Notes: generated from the letters alone by a model not told the origin. A stretch of 64,000 bases of DNA from Candidatus Magasanikiibacteriota bacterium (GCA_030650025.1 JAUSEN010000025.1:601-64600), one strand, 5' to 3'. Positions 1 to 11,400 are shown, numbered from the stretch's first letter. Made by a program: numbers and translations.

Positions 1-103
1 TTTAATATCGGAAACCGAATTGCTAAAAAGCGTTCGCGCTGCTCGCCAGGAATACCTAGCAGGGCACTCCGTTAAGGCTAAGTCGCTGGCCGATTTGTTA
101 TGA
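1..103 (+). CDS. C-terminal fragment of a putative antitoxin (runs off the window start)
   Basis: Frame from nt 2 reads LISETELLKSVRAARQEYLAGHSVKAKSLADLL*; its TGA overlaps the toxin ATG (ATGA at 100-103). Confidence 0.65.
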   Translation, partial: LISETELLKSVRAARQEYLAGHSVKAKSLADLL

Positions 104-372
104 TAATTGGTTCGATTGTTTATTCGTCAAAATTTGTTCGCGAATTACGGCAGTTGCCAAACGAGATAGCCACAGTAGCCATAAGAAAAGAAAAAATTTT
201 CCGAGACAACCCCCTATATCCTTCGCTTCGCCTTCATGCTTTGCAAGGCAAACTAAAAGGACTGTGGTCAATCTCAATTACGGGCGGCTATAGGATTATT
301 TTTGAACGCGAATCAAATGGCGAGATTTTGTTTATCTCAGTCGGTAAGCATGATATTTACCGAAATTTGTAA
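100..372 (+). CDS. RelE/ParE-superfamily type II toxin (mRNA interferase)
   Basis: 90 aa; YSSKF..., HALQGKLKGLWSISITGGYRIIF, VGKHDIY typical of RelE/YafQ-like toxins; coupled to upstream small ORF. Confidence 0.8.
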   Translation: MIIGSIVYSSKFVRELRQLPNEIATVAIRKEKIFRDNPLYPSLRLHALQGKLKGLWSISITGGYRIIFERESNGEILFISVGKHDIYRNL

Positions 373-381
373 CTGTCCTCT

Positions 382-1071
382 TTAATCTCTAGCCAAAACC
401 AGACTCCACAGTTCCTGCGTACCAGCCGCTTGTAGGGCCGCGGCGCAGGCGCGGAGCGTGGCGCCGGTCGTAAACACATCGTCTACTAAAATTACCTGTT
501 CCGGAGCGGGTTTATTTTTAGAATAGGCAAAAGCGCCTCTCATGTTTACCGCGCGCTCTTCTTTGCCAAGTTTGGTTTGCTGTTTGGTGGCGCGTACCCG
601 CTGTAAATCCACTCCGTTTATTTCTAAATCCATTTTTTGAGCAAAAATCTCGGCTAAGTCAGCGGCCAAATTAAAACCGCGGCTCCGCGCGCGCCGCGGG
701 AAAAGCGGCACGGGGATAACGACAGCGCGCCCCAAAGACTTGATCTCAAGAGGGGCAATAATTTTTTCCCAAACCGCGCGAATACTCCGAGCGTGGTTAT
801 ATTTATAAAGCTTAATTAACTTAGAAGCGGCCCGGCTAGACTGGTAGTCAAACAGCGCGGTGACGCCGAATTTAGGAATACGGTCGCAGTGAGAGCACGT
901 TGCCCATAGTTTAAGCGGCGCGCTACACTGGTTGCAAAAATTTTGTAAGCGCGCCGGTTCTTTAGCTTGGCAAGAAGCGCACCACCACTCCCCTTCTTGG
1001 CCACAAACTACGCAAAAAACCGGAAACAGCACGCCAGAGGCGTACTGTTTTATTTTAACAAGATTAATCAT
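382..1071 (-). CDS. comF: ComF family competence protein (double Zn ribbon + PRTase fold)
   Basis: FPxxCxxC..CxxC, IPVPL...RGFN, VILVDDVFTTGATL; start trimmed to MINLVK. Confidence 0.9.
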   Translation of the reverse strand: MINLVKIKQYASGVLFPVFCVVCGQEGEWWCASCQAKEPARLQNFCNQCSAPLKLWATCSHCDRIPKFGVTALFDYQSSRAASKLIKLYKYNHARSIRAVWEKIIAPLEIKSLGRAVVIPVPLFPRRARSRGFNLAADLAEIFAQKMDLEINGVDLQRVRATKQQTKLGKEERAVNMRGAFAYSKNKPAPEQVILVDDVFTTGATLRACAAALQAAGTQELWSLVLARD

Positions 1072-1099
1072 ACAGTCAGAGCGGAGAATATCCTGAAGT

Positions 1100-1711
1100 T
1101 TATTTTTGGACTTCGTAAGAATCCACCAGCCAATCACCAGAGTCTTTGATTAAAGTGACGACAATGTTTTGGTTAGTCACGGTAATTTGGCCGTTTTTTT
1201 CGAGAGTATTGCGAACTTGGAGTGTGGCGACAGCGGTTGGCGGGTCCCACTTAGTTAGCTCACTAACAAAAACTTCGGCGGTATTGCCGACAAATGGCCC
1301 GGCGGGTTGCGGGGTGCCAACTTTGGCGCCAATCCGCTGCCACATTTTTTGAGTGACGAGGGATTTTACTTCCACGATATTTTGCCATTTATTGTCCGTG
1401 GAATAAGAATTGTAGCGTTCCACAAAAATTACGGCTAGCTGGCGCACACCGCTTTGCTCGGCTTCAAGAGTGGTCTGCTTGGCCGGTGGCGCGGTAACTA
1501 CCCCAAGGCTCGGAGGATTCGTTAGGGCCGGCAACCGCTCTTCCACAGTATTGCTGTCGATAATATTGGCGGGCGCGGTCGGCGTGTTAGTAATGCCGAG
1601 AGCGGGCGGGGCGGCGGCGCGCTTGCTCCGAACCAAGAGGGCGATGCTAATGCCAAGAATCACGAGAACAGCCAAGCTAATCACTATAAATAGGCGGGTG
1701 CGGAGTGACAT
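1100..1711 (-). CDS. Single-pass membrane protein with probable NTF2-like (VirB8/TcpC-like) domain
   Basis: N-terminal TM, Pro-rich linker, FVERYNSYS...WLVD; directly downstream of VirB4. Confidence 0.5.
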   Translation of the reverse strand: MSLRTRLFIVISLAVLVILGISIALLVRSKRAAAPPALGITNTPTAPANIIDSNTVEERLPALTNPPSLGVVTAPPAKQTTLEAEQSGVRQLAVIFVERYNSYSTDNKWQNIVEVKSLVTQKMWQRIGAKVGTPQPAGPFVGNTAEVFVSELTKWDPPTAVATLQVRNTLEKNGQITVTNQNIVVTLIKDSGDWLVDSYEVQK

Positions 1712-1729
1712 AAAGGCAAAAATTAAGAA

Positions 1730-3604
1730 TTACGGCTTCATTTGAGCTTCAAATTCGCGTTTCGATTGCTCGATTTGCAAAAGCTGTTCAGGATTCGTGG
1801 TAACGATCTGATCCTCGGTGTAAGACGCGACTACTTTGATGGCGGCATGTTTTTGACCGGCAAAGAAGATACCTTCGCCAACTCCGGATTCCAAAAGCAA
1901 ATACTTTTCGCTTTCCGTGAGCATAAAAGTTTTTTGCACTTGGTCCACGGCCGAGGGCGACTGCTTGAGAAGGAGCTGAAGCGCCGAGTTCGAGACAATC
2001 GCTTGGCCGTATTGGCTCTTTAAAAAGTCGTTAACATCCTGGGTAATAGTCGTGACGCCAAGGTAATATTTGCGACAGCGTTTAACGAGGGCGTAAATAA
2101 AGCGGGCGCTATCCTCGTTTTGCATAAGCCACCAGGCTTCGTCAATGACTAGGATGCGTTTTTTGCGCTCGCTCCTAACCACATTCCAAATATAATTAAC
2201 AATGGCGTAAATCGCCATAGGGCGGAGTTCGTCTTCGAGGTCGCGGACGCTAAAAACCACCAATTGGTTCCTCATTTCTACGTTCGTTGGCGAATTAAAA
2301 AGCCCAGAAAACGTGCCTTCGGTATATTTTTTAAGTTTTAAAACTAACTCACCGGAGCCTTCCATGCCTTCTAAAATTTCCGCTAAATCTTGCATGATCG
2401 GCGGCTTCACGGTAGTGAGGTCCGCGTCCGCCGTGATGTCTTTTTTAGCGTAGGTTTCAATCAGGGCGCGATCCAAAATTGAATCTTGCTCGGTAGTAAC
2501 GCCGCCGAGCATAATGCGGAGTAGCCCTTTCATAGTAATGACAGCGCCGCGGATAATGTCGTCCACCGCGACTTCTTGGCCGACCGGCCGAGGCAAGTCA
2601 AAGGGATTAACTTTGCTCTCGGAAGAGAGCGAGATATTAACATAAGTACCACCGACCGCGTCCGAGAGATGCTTGTACTCCATTTCCGGGTCAATGACGA
2701 TAACATCGACGCCAAACATCATGGTGCGCAAAATCTCCAGTTTGATGGCATAGCTTTTGCCTGAACCGGCCATGGCAAACACCACCATGTTGCCGTTTTG
2801 GAGACTAAAGCGGTCAAACAAAATCAAGCTGTTATTATGGCGATTAATGCCGTACAAAATGCCATCATCACTCGTGAGTTCCGCGGAGATAAACGGGAAC
2901 GACGCGGCGATCGGGCTCGAGTTCATGTTAAAGGCAATCATGAGCTCGTCGTTAGCCAGCGGCAGGGTGGAATTAAACCCTTGTTCGGCCTGGAACAAAA
3001 CTTTGCGGCTCGTAATTAATTTGGAGCCAAAAATATTTTCAATATCTTCGGAGATCTGGTCTAATTTTTCTTTGGTTTCGCAATAAATGGTGGCGTAAAA
3101 CGCGAATTGGAAAAAGTGCTCCACCCCTTGCGTTAAGTTGTCGCGCAATTGCTCGATGTCGCGCAGGGCGGTTTCTCTAACCGGGTCGCGCGGCGCGCCT
3201 TTTTCCGCATCGGAATTAATTTGGGCTTCCAAGGCGCCGACTTTATTTTTTAATTGTTTTAAAATAATAGCGGATTTAACCGGATAGAAAAACATCGCCA
3301 TGTCCATGGTGAGGGACATGCTGATAATCGGCGAGCTCCAGCCGATGGAAATATAGCGCGGGTATGAAACCACGAAAATTGTTCGAGCAAAAACCGAGCC
3401 GAGCTGGAGAAAACTCGATTCCACGTTAAAGGCGGCCGGGGCTACCAGATCGCGAATGGAAACCACGCCTTCGCGATAGACGCGCTCTTCTTCCAGCGTC
3501 ATGAGCTCGGAGGCGGCCTTGGTAGCCAGTTTGGCCTCGTCCTGCTCCAGTTTGCCGGCAGTCGCTTTATATTTGGAAACGTTAGTGGGGCGAAAAGCCA
3601 TCAT
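1730..3604 (-). CDS. VirB4/TraC-like type IV secretion ATPase
   Basis: Walker A AMAGSGKS, IDPExEY, Walker B LVIDEAW, KRCRKY, ITQ; start trimmed to MMAFRP. Confidence 0.9.
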   Translation of the reverse strand: MMAFRPTNVSKYKATAGKLEQDEAKLATKAASELMTLEEERVYREGVVSIRDLVAPAAFNVESSFLQLGSVFARTIFVVSYPRYISIGWSSPIISMSLTMDMAMFFYPVKSAIILKQLKNKVGALEAQINSDAEKGAPRDPVRETALRDIEQLRDNLTQGVEHFFQFAFYATIYCETKEKLDQISEDIENIFGSKLITSRKVLFQAEQGFNSTLPLANDELMIAFNMNSSPIAASFPFISAELTSDDGILYGINRHNNSLILFDRFSLQNGNMVVFAMAGSGKSYAIKLEILRTMMFGVDVIVIDPEMEYKHLSDAVGGTYVNISLSSESKVNPFDLPRPVGQEVAVDDIIRGAVITMKGLLRIMLGGVTTEQDSILDRALIETYAKKDITADADLTTVKPPIMQDLAEILEGMEGSGELVLKLKKYTEGTFSGLFNSPTNVEMRNQLVVFSVRDLEDELRPMAIYAIVNYIWNVVRSERKKRILVIDEAWWLMQNEDSARFIYALVKRCRKYYLGVTTITQDVNDFLKSQYGQAIVSNSALQLLLKQSPSAVDQVQKTFMLTESEKYLLLESGVGEGIFFAGQKHAAIKVVASYTEDQIVTTNPEQLLQIEQSKREFEAQMKP

Positions 3605-3605
3605 A

Positions 3606-4292
3606 CTAAGATTGGTCAACTTCCATTTTATTAAGGGGCGGGATCTGTTCGGACAGGGCAATATCAGGGTTATAGGTTGAATAGAGGAGTTCGATTAGGG
3701 ACTGCGTGTCTAGCCTAACGGTCGTGAGACCCATGCTGGTTAAGCCGGATTCAATTTGGCGAAGGCGCTGGTCGAGGTCGTACTTGCGTTTTAAAAAACG
3801 CTCGCCTTTGAGCCGCACGGTAATGGCCGGGTTAATAACTTCCATGGCACGCGCCCAAAAACTCTTATTTTTATTGCTTAAAGGGTCATAGGGAACTACT
3901 ACGTAGAATTGCTTACTCATAATTTCGCCGAGCGACACCAATTCCGAAACAAACGAGCGATAATCAGACATTTGAGCGCGGAGGAGTTCGTTGCTTTGGG
4001 CGCGTTCTTTGGCGATTAATTTATCTAAGTAAGGCTTAATTTGCAGGCGGCGCGACTGCATCACGACCTGCAGAGGGTGCTCGAGCGAATTCAAGAAAGA
4101 AACATACGTAGAAATAATCGCGTTCTGCTCATCTTCGTTTTTTAAAGCGAAATTTAAACTCGAAACCATGAGGACAGCGCGAAGCGTTCCGTCCTTCATA
4201 ATAATAGTGTCGTTTCTGATTTCGGAAAAAAGCAAATGCAACTGCGCGGGCACTGTCTTCTTTTTTTGTTTGGCGGCTTTTTTGTTCTTCAT
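3606..4292 (-). CDS. VirB4-associated protein (TraC/TrsE N-terminal-like)
   Basis: VLMVSSLNFALKNEDEQ...FLNSL...FYVVVPY; lies between PrgI and VirB4. Confidence 0.65.
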   Translation of the reverse strand: MKNKKAAKQKKKTVPAQLHLLFSEIRNDTIIMKDGTLRAVLMVSSLNFALKNEDEQNAIISTYVSFLNSLEHPLQVVMQSRRLQIKPYLDKLIAKERAQSNELLRAQMSDYRSFVSELVSLGEIMSKQFYVVVPYDPLSNKNKSFWARAMEVINPAITVRLKGERFLKRKYDLDQRLRQIESGLTSMGLTTVRLDTQSLIELLYSTYNPDIALSEQIPPLNKMEVDQS

Positions 4293-4300
4293 GTGATTTA

Positions 4301-4380
4301 TGTCATCTTGAGCGAAGCGAAAGATCTAAGAAACATGATTTATTTTTACGCTTAGATTCTTCGCTACGCTCAGAATGACA
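4301..4380. repeat. Palindromic REP-like doublet, TGTCAT-tagged family, copy 1
   Basis: TGTCATCTTGAGCGAAGCGAAAGATCTAAG-N20-CTTAGATTCTTCGCTACGCTCAGAATGACA; left 30 bp identical to 13115-13144 and to the reverse complement of 56160-56189. Confidence 0.85.
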
Positions 4381-4387
4381 ATTATTT

Positions 4388-4819
4388 TTATTCGGCTTTA
4401 TAATAACCACCGGTATTTACTAAAAGCGTCAGGTCGCGAATGCGATTATAGGAAATATGTTTGATCTCCGGCGGCGCCTCGATGGGCAGGACTTTATTCT
4501 CGCGCATGATGGTTTTTATTTCCTTGTCGCTATAACCTTTATTCCAAACCCGGCGGCTCGGCCGCCGTAGAGTTTGAAAAATATTAAGCACAAAGTAATG
4601 AAAAACTTGCCCGTTTATTTTAACAAATGCGAGCACAAGTGAGAAGCCGCCAATTACGGCAAGAGCAAAAATGAAAAGCGTGGTGTCCACTAATTTAAAA
4701 GTAATAAATAAAACCAAGCCCGCCACCAGTAAAATAATAAATTGGCGGGTGGTGACGGGGCCAAAAATCTTGTCTTCCACATCAATAAATTGAGGGACGG
4801 TAAATTGATTCATGGTCAA
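4388..4819 (-). CDS. PrgI family (VirB3-like) membrane protein
   Basis: QFTVPQFIDVEDKIFGPVTTRQF followed by two TM helices. Confidence 0.85.
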   Translation of the reverse strand: MTMNQFTVPQFIDVEDKIFGPVTTRQFIILLVAGLVLFITFKLVDTTLFIFALAVIGGFSLVLAFVKINGQVFHYFVLNIFQTLRRPSRRVWNKGYSDKEIKTIMRENKVLPIEAPPEIKHISYNRIRDLTLLVNTGGYYKAE

Positions 4820-4823
4820 AAAT

Positions 4824-5858
4824 TTAAGAGTTTAGTTCTTGATTCAAATGGGCAATGGCCAAAACCTCTTCGGGCGTTATGCCGCCGGCCGTATTGGCCG
4901 CGGCTGTGGCTAGCGATTTATTGTTTTGCGCCGCGCTCGCCAAGAATTTTATATAATCGCTAAACAAGGGGGACTCGCGCCAGGCAGTGAGAGAATCCAG
5001 ATAAAAAAGAATGGACTCTTCGCGCAGGTTTAAAAACTTTTGGCGGAGCCGGGAAGCGGCTTCGGCCGGGGCGCTCCCCAGGCGGCGCAGGTCGATTAAA
5101 TTGAATAAACGGATTTCGTCAATCGGGCTAACTTCAACATCGCGGCTAACGACGTCATTCATCGGCACTTTAGCGAGCGGCCCCTTCGAAATTTTAAATA
5201 AAGCGCTCGGCGCCGGAGCGGATGGTTTATTAACTAAAACCGGAATGCCCGGCTCGGCTGGAGGTTGGCGCTTTATCTGCGCTTCTAAATTAGAGGGGGC
5301 CAAAAGAGCGGCGCAGGCGGCTTCAAGTTCGTTGGCTTCTGGCTCTGCCAGAGCAAGCCCGCCCTGCAGAAGCGGGCGCATGGCAGCGTCTTTGGTCTGG
5401 GCGGTAGTGCGCACGTCTTTAAGGCGCAGTTGCGCGAGACTGCGCAGGCGATTAACAAAATCCGCCGGGACGGTAAAGCTCAAACTGGTGATGACTTTAT
5501 CCACCTGGTCCACGCGCGGGGCGCTCACTGCTACCAAATCATCGGCTTTAGAAATAGGGGCATCTTCTTCTAAAAGCGAGGTGTGCCAATCGCTGCTGGC
5601 ATTATTGATTTTAACAGGAATTGGCCGATCTTTGGGCTTAACAGGCTTAATAAGAGGAGGCCTGCTGACCGCTGGAGCAGATGCCTGTCGAGCAGGCAAA
5701 TTAACGCTAACAGCTTGAAGCGCGGCTGGTTTGACAACTGCTGGTACGGCGGCGCTTGGCTCTGGCGCAGGCTTTAAATTTTTAAGCACGCTAGAAAGCG
5801 GCACGCGCTCGGTGGTGCCGTCTTTTTTCTTAACAAGAATAGTTGGTTCCGGAGGCAT
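4824..5858 (-). CDS. Hypothetical protein of the T4SS cluster (Pro/Ala-rich N-terminus, helical C-terminus)
   Basis: 344-aa ORF, co-oriented and tightly packed. Confidence 0.7.
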   Translation of the reverse strand: MPPEPTILVKKKDGTTERVPLSSVLKNLKPAPEPSAAVPAVVKPAALQAVSVNLPARQASAPAVSRPPLIKPVKPKDRPIPVKINNASSDWHTSLLEEDAPISKADDLVAVSAPRVDQVDKVITSLSFTVPADFVNRLRSLAQLRLKDVRTTAQTKDAAMRPLLQGGLALAEPEANELEAACAALLAPSNLEAQIKRQPPAEPGIPVLVNKPSAPAPSALFKISKGPLAKVPMNDVVSRDVEVSPIDEIRLFNLIDLRRLGSAPAEAASRLRQKFLNLREESILFYLDSLTAWRESPLFSDYIKFLASAAQNNKSLATAAANTAGGITPEEVLAIAHLNQELNS

Positions 5859-5864
5859 AAATTA

Positions 5865-6854
5865 TTATGACAAGATATCTTTCTGGCGCAAGTGCAAAAT
5901 TATAGAAAATACTTCACGCAGCCAATTAACGAGGTGCTCGACGCCGGCCGTGGCAGGATAGACAGAAGCCAAAAACATTTCTTCGGCCAGAGTGGCTACT
6001 TTTTCGGTAGATAGTTTAGCGATATAATCGGCCAAAATTTGGTGCAGGCCCTTCACGGCGGACAATTTGGCATTGAGCGGCACGACTTCGTTATTATTGT
6101 TAGTGACAGCGCGGCCGATAAAGTCGGAAACAGCGTCGGCCTTATCGTTGGCAATGGCAAAAATGATAGTATCTTGGAGCCAAGCGCGCACGGGCACACC
6201 CGCGACAATACCGGAATAAAAATAGCTGGTGAGAAGGGTGGCTTGCTTGTCCTCCGGCAATTCTTTAAACCCAGCCCAAATAATTTGCAAAATCAGAGCG
6301 TAAATTAAAGCGCCGTCCCAGGAAAATGTTTCCGTAATCAAATCCAGGGGTTTAGCGGCCAAAGTGCCATATAAAATCTCGGCTACGTCTTTGGCCTTGT
6401 GACCCTCGGCATAGTCGTGCAGACTATGCAAGAAAACCATGTCATTATAGTAATCCGCGCCCTGGAGCACGTCTTGCAGTTCGCTCTCGGCATAAGAGGG
6501 GGTGGCGCTAAGGCGCGGCAGGCGCCCAGAGGCAGCGCAAACCATATTGAGCTGAAAAATTAAATCGGTCTGTATGCCCTCGTCGGTCGGCGCGGCCAAA
6601 AATGCCGCTAACATGCCTGGGTCTAAACTGCGGATGGCTTCGCGCTCAAAAATGCCGGAAAAAACATTGTTAGTGTCGGCGGAGGAAAATAAATCGCGCA
6701 AGGCCAAAACATGAGCCACGATTTCGTTTATAGCCGCGCTCTCTAGCGCCTTGAGCTCGCTGGCGCGCTCGGCGATAATACTCAAAGCGCCCGCCACCTC
6801 GGGCCAGGGGTGGGAGCGGTAAGCGAAGAATGATTGGCGAATTGGGTCGGGCAT
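5865..6854 (-). CDS. Hypothetical protein, paralog A
   Basis: 329 aa; shares LLTxYF..I..GVPVR block with 7206-8468. Confidence 0.7.
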   Translation of the reverse strand: MPDPIRQSFFAYRSHPWPEVAGALSIIAERASELKALESAAINEIVAHVLALRDLFSSADTNNVFSGIFEREAIRSLDPGMLAAFLAAPTDEGIQTDLIFQLNMVCAASGRLPRLSATPSYAESELQDVLQGADYYNDMVFLHSLHDYAEGHKAKDVAEILYGTLAAKPLDLITETFSWDGALIYALILQIIWAGFKELPEDKQATLLTSYFYSGIVAGVPVRAWLQDTIIFAIANDKADAVSDFIGRAVTNNNNEVVPLNAKLSAVKGLHQILADYIAKLSTEKVATLAEEMFLASVYPATAGVEHLVNWLREVFSIILHLRQKDILS

Positions 6855-7205
6855 ATTTTATGCTTATATTTTACCACGAATTCTGACAAATACGAAGTGC
6901 CTTTTAGAATATTCGCTTTTGACCAATTACAAACTAAAAAGCTTGGCCATTTCACGATACTTTACATTTTGCATGGGGTATTATACAAGTATAGTTATAG
7001 AAAATCATATGCTAATTTATAAGTCAAATGTGCTCTGTATTTGATTTAAATTAAAGTCAAGTATAATTTACCTGTGAAATTAGCTTTTTAAGCTTATTTA
7101 AGCAAAAAATACGCGCTATCACTGCATATATTATGCTAAAAATCTGTACCTAAAATACACATTTTAAACCAAATTGCGAGGTTTCTCTCTTCGCCCCTTT
7201 CCGTA

Positions 7206-8468
7206 CTACTTCGAAACCGCTTCATTCCATTTAAACTCGCCGGTGGCTTCGTCGAATTCTACATCGCCATCTGACGGCTTTAGAATTTTATTTGTTAATA
7301 GAAAATCTTTAAACGCGAACAACTCCCCCGCTAAATTGCTATTGGTCTTGGTTTCAGCGTCCGAGACTAACTGCGTCATGAGTTGCGCGGGGGTAACCAC
7401 AAGGTTACCGCTCTTAAAATAATCAGTGACCCTAGAATATTGTTTAGTATAAAAACAAAATACCAAGAGAATCATTTGTTTAACGAAGTCATCGTCTCCA
7501 AAGTCGGCATCGAATTGAAACTGGTTTATCAAATCTGCACTTTCAATGCCACAAAATATAGTCAAAGCCTCTTCAAGATAAGCCGACGCAAACAATGACG
7601 GTGCATTTGCCATCTGTTCTTTCACAAAGCCTTTAACAAAAATTACGTAATCAAAATTCGGTTCTTGCTCGTGCTTTTTCTCTATTATAACACCGCAATT
7701 TTTAACTAATTTTCCAAATTCAAAATTTTCTTTATTATCAGAGAATTGGTAGGATTCCTGGTTGCTGTTTAGACAATCGAGTAGAAAAACATCAAAAGAA
7801 ACGTACCTCTGAACCATATAGCTTTTTTCAAACAAAAAAGCTTCGAGAACAGAGCGCACTGGGACGCCTACCAAGATTGAAAAGAAAAAATAATTTGTTA
7901 AAAGTATTTCTTGCTGATCAAAACTTAAAAAGGCAAACTCACTCCAAAGACAGAATAAAAATACAACAAGTGTGATCAGTTCCGCAAAAGTATACTGACT
8001 TTTCTTTTGCTCTAAATATTCGTTCAGGTAAACAATAACGGCCGGAAGATAGGCCCTCAATTCCTTACTAGTGTACCCCAGAAAGTTGCTAACCGTGTAA
8101 AGCGCCTTAGCGCGGTCGTAACCTTCAAAATTTACCGCTAAACAATTCGTAAATTCTTGATGAGTGTAGGACACAATTCCAGTTTGGCTAGCACCAAGTG
8201 CCGCCGACATTAATTCTAATGAATCTAACAACGACCTAGCATCTTCGGCGGTGTTGCCTTTGTCTTTAATTTCTAAAAGTCCAGCCAGCTTAATTATCGC
8301 GCCGCGATAAGCCGAAAAATAATCTGTTACGGGATTGACAGAATAATTTTCCATAAACCAAGAAGCTTCCAAACTAATGATCGCAAGTTCCTTAAGTTTT
8401 TCTTCGCTGTCTTCACGCGGCTGCGAGAAACAATCTAATATAGATTTTTGGTTGTATTCTTTTTCCAT
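7206..8468 (-). CDS. Hypothetical protein, paralog B (AT-rich)
   Basis: 420 aa; QEILLTNYFFFSILVGVPVR matches paralog A. Confidence 0.7.
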   Translation of the reverse strand: MEKEYNQKSILDCFSQPREDSEEKLKELAIISLEASWFMENYSVNPVTDYFSAYRGAIIKLAGLLEIKDKGNTAEDARSLLDSLELMSAALGASQTGIVSYTHQEFTNCLAVNFEGYDRAKALYTVSNFLGYTSKELRAYLPAVIVYLNEYLEQKKSQYTFAELITLVVFLFCLWSEFAFLSFDQQEILLTNYFFFSILVGVPVRSVLEAFLFEKSYMVQRYVSFDVFLLDCLNSNQESYQFSDNKENFEFGKLVKNCGVIIEKKHEQEPNFDYVIFVKGFVKEQMANAPSLFASAYLEEALTIFCGIESADLINQFQFDADFGDDDFVKQMILLVFCFYTKQYSRVTDYFKSGNLVVTPAQLMTQLVSDAETKTNSNLAGELFAFKDFLLTNKILKPSDGDVEFDEATGEFKWNEAVSK

Positions 8469-8476
8469 ATACTAAA

Positions 8477-11400
8477 TTATGTTGGTTCTTCTTCTTCAAC
8501 AGTTGGAGTAGACGGTATTGGCGGGGTAGTGGTTGTTGTGCCAGCGGGCCCAGCCCCTCCAGTTCCACCACCTTTACCGCCTCCGGTTCCACCGCTGGGT
8601 GGCCTACTGAACGTGACACGCATGTTCTCAGCCTGTTTAATGCTAGACTTCACTTCATCGGAAGCAGCTTTGGCTTTAGTTTTTGTCAGAACTTTTAGTG
8701 CTTCTTCCTGCTGTTTCGTTCTAGTGGCCAAAGCCTTTAATTGTTTTATTTCATCATCAATATATTTTATCATGCTTACCGCCACCTCATCGACACCGCC
8801 ACCAGCAATAGTTGTGCCCTCAATTCTCCCGTTTAAAATACCAGCTTCAGCTAGTTCCTTTTTAGTACCATGGCGAGCTCCATTGGCTAAAGCGACAGTC
8901 AAAAATTGATGTTCCATGGTCGCAAAAAAGTTTTCAATTGTACGGGCGACGCCTAAAACAGAGTCACCTTCACCAATCTGTTTTAAACGCTTTGCATCAC
9001 CACCGAGCATAACTTTACCATCTTTGCCTAGCTCACTATCTAAAGAAAGTAAATCTTTAGTTCTGTCTTGCGCTCTTTGGTTTAAAGAAGCAATGGTCGT
9101 AACTTGCACGATGTTAGAGGTGCTGAAACGTTCCTCGTCAATGGCTTTGTGCCCTGTTGCTCCATCCATTGTAGATACGGCGTGCGGCGTCATTTTTACG
9201 CTTTCGTTTTTCTTCTTTTGTTGCCTTTCAAAATCGACTTGTTCGGCGTGCGTTACAAAACGCATGAGGCCATCAACGCCACGACGCATAAAACCAGACT
9301 GTTGGAAATGCCCGCCTTGGACACCAGATCTTTGGAACTCGTCTTGCAAAGCGATAAGGCGACCTTGGTGCTTTACAAAAAAACTTTTAAAATCCTCTTC
9401 TTTCTGATAGGCCCCAATTTTTGGCGCCGCAGATGCAAAATATTTCTTTTGGGCATCCTCGTACGAAGTTCCATCGGCTGCTGCAACATCCAAAATTTTC
9501 TTATGCGTCATCACTAAATCAGTATCTCCACCTGAGACCGTATGGTAGGCAAGCAAGGCGTTGGTATCTCCACTATTAGTGCTGGTCCATTTGCCTTCCA
9601 TGTTTTTCTTGGCTATCCCCATTCTTTCCCAATCCGCTCGAAGCGCCAAAAGCTCTTGTCTTTGCTCTTCTTTGCCCGTCCCCACTGCAGATTCCCAAGC
9701 AGCAGGGGTATCGAGAATTTCAAATTTCTTCATGGCCGAACCAAGAACAGCATCATCTACATTACAACCACGGCCAGTTCCAAGCAAGGTAGCAAACCCG
9801 TTTAATGTTACCTGTTCGGCATCGATCTCATCTTGAAGGCTCTTAAATCCTGCGGGCGTCAATTTGCCATCATGGCGTTTTTTGGAAACTAAAGCCCAGT
9901 TTTGTAGCAAGTTATCGCCGCGACCTTCATCACCAGCGCGAGCCTGATCTTCGGATTCGGCCTTCGCATATTGCTCTTCACCGGACCGAGGTTTTCCATA
10001 ACCGCGGTATTTCATATCAACCAAAAGCATTTCTGAGTCGGATTCTACATCTTTTTTAAATAAAGCACTTAGCTTTTCTGAATTCGCAGACAAAGCGGAG
10101 TTCTTGGCAGCTTCTACATACCTGCGCAGTGCTACTGGTTGTTTTTGATCATCGATAAATGCTTTAACATCGTCACCATTTTTAAAATCTTCCATCTTTT
10201 TACGCGCCAAAAAGAATTGCTCCTTAACGTGTTCACTCTTAATATGCTTCCCGTAGTTCTCGGCCGTGGAAATTTCAATTTCAGCATCGGCTAATCTCTT
10301 AATGATAGCAGTGCCCTCTGGTTCCCGAGCAAAATCCTTTTGCTTTTCCGATTCCATCGCACTGATTTCCTTTTCAAACAATCCTTGTCTGGCTTTCAGT
10401 TTAGCTTCTTCCTCAAGTTCGTGCTGCCCTTTTGAACCAGCAAAAAACTCTTTCTCTTTCTCCTTCTTCACCGTCTCTAACTTCTTCTCTTCCAAATGCG
10501 CCGCTTTTTCGCTTTCAATCGTCTTCACAATTTCCTTCAAGCCTTCGGGCAGTTTGGTGGCGATTTGGGTCATGGCCTCGCCTTCCACGCGCTTAAATTC
10601 GGCTTCTTGAGTTTTAACGCGAAGATCAGCCAAAATTTTAGCTTGCAAAGATTGCTGGCCCTTCTTACTTTGAGCAAACTTATTTTTGGCAGCGGCGGTG
10701 ATTAGCTTGCTACCAGCTTCGGTAGCTTCGGCACGGCCTTCGTGGCCAGCAATTTGGTCGGCCATTGATTCTTTCCAATCTTGGAAACGGCCATCTTTAA
10801 AACGCGCGTTTCCTAAAACAAGCTTCTCACCGACTGCTTTATATTCACGAGTTTTGGCTTGGGAGCGTTTGCCTTCGGCTTCGAGCTCGCCTTGTTCAAT
10901 ACGGTCTTCGGCATTCACCATAGGACCTTCGAACCTTTGGAAGAAATGCGTGGGGATACCGGTGGTGCGCTTCATCATTAATTCATCGCGCACTTTGGCC
11001 TGGTTCTCGGTTTTTTCCAAACGCTTTTTGCTTTCTAAAACCTGGCCATAACTGCTATTGGCCCAGCGTTGGAAAAAGCCGCGGCTGCCTTTCCCCTCTT
11101 CAAAATCATATCCAACGTCTTCTTTTCTAATTTGTCTTATTGTACGTGCGTCCTCTCTGTTCGTGGTTGTACCTTTGCCATCCTTTGTTTTATAGAGCTT
11201 GTCCCCATTCCTATCCCTCAAAACTTTGCCGTTTTCATCTGTAGCCTCCTCTGCGACATCTTCAGTTTCATAAACTGCCTCACTTTTTTCTATGGTCGCT
11301 TTTCCTTCCTTATTTTTATAGAGTGTATTGCCGTCTTTGTCTACGGCGGCGCGCGCCAATCTTTCGTCTGTGGTTTCGTTACCACGAGCATCATAATAAA

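Noticed and set aside
6855..7205. AT-rich gap as oriT or small gene
   Set aside because: No convincing inverted repeat/nic motif or coding signal.
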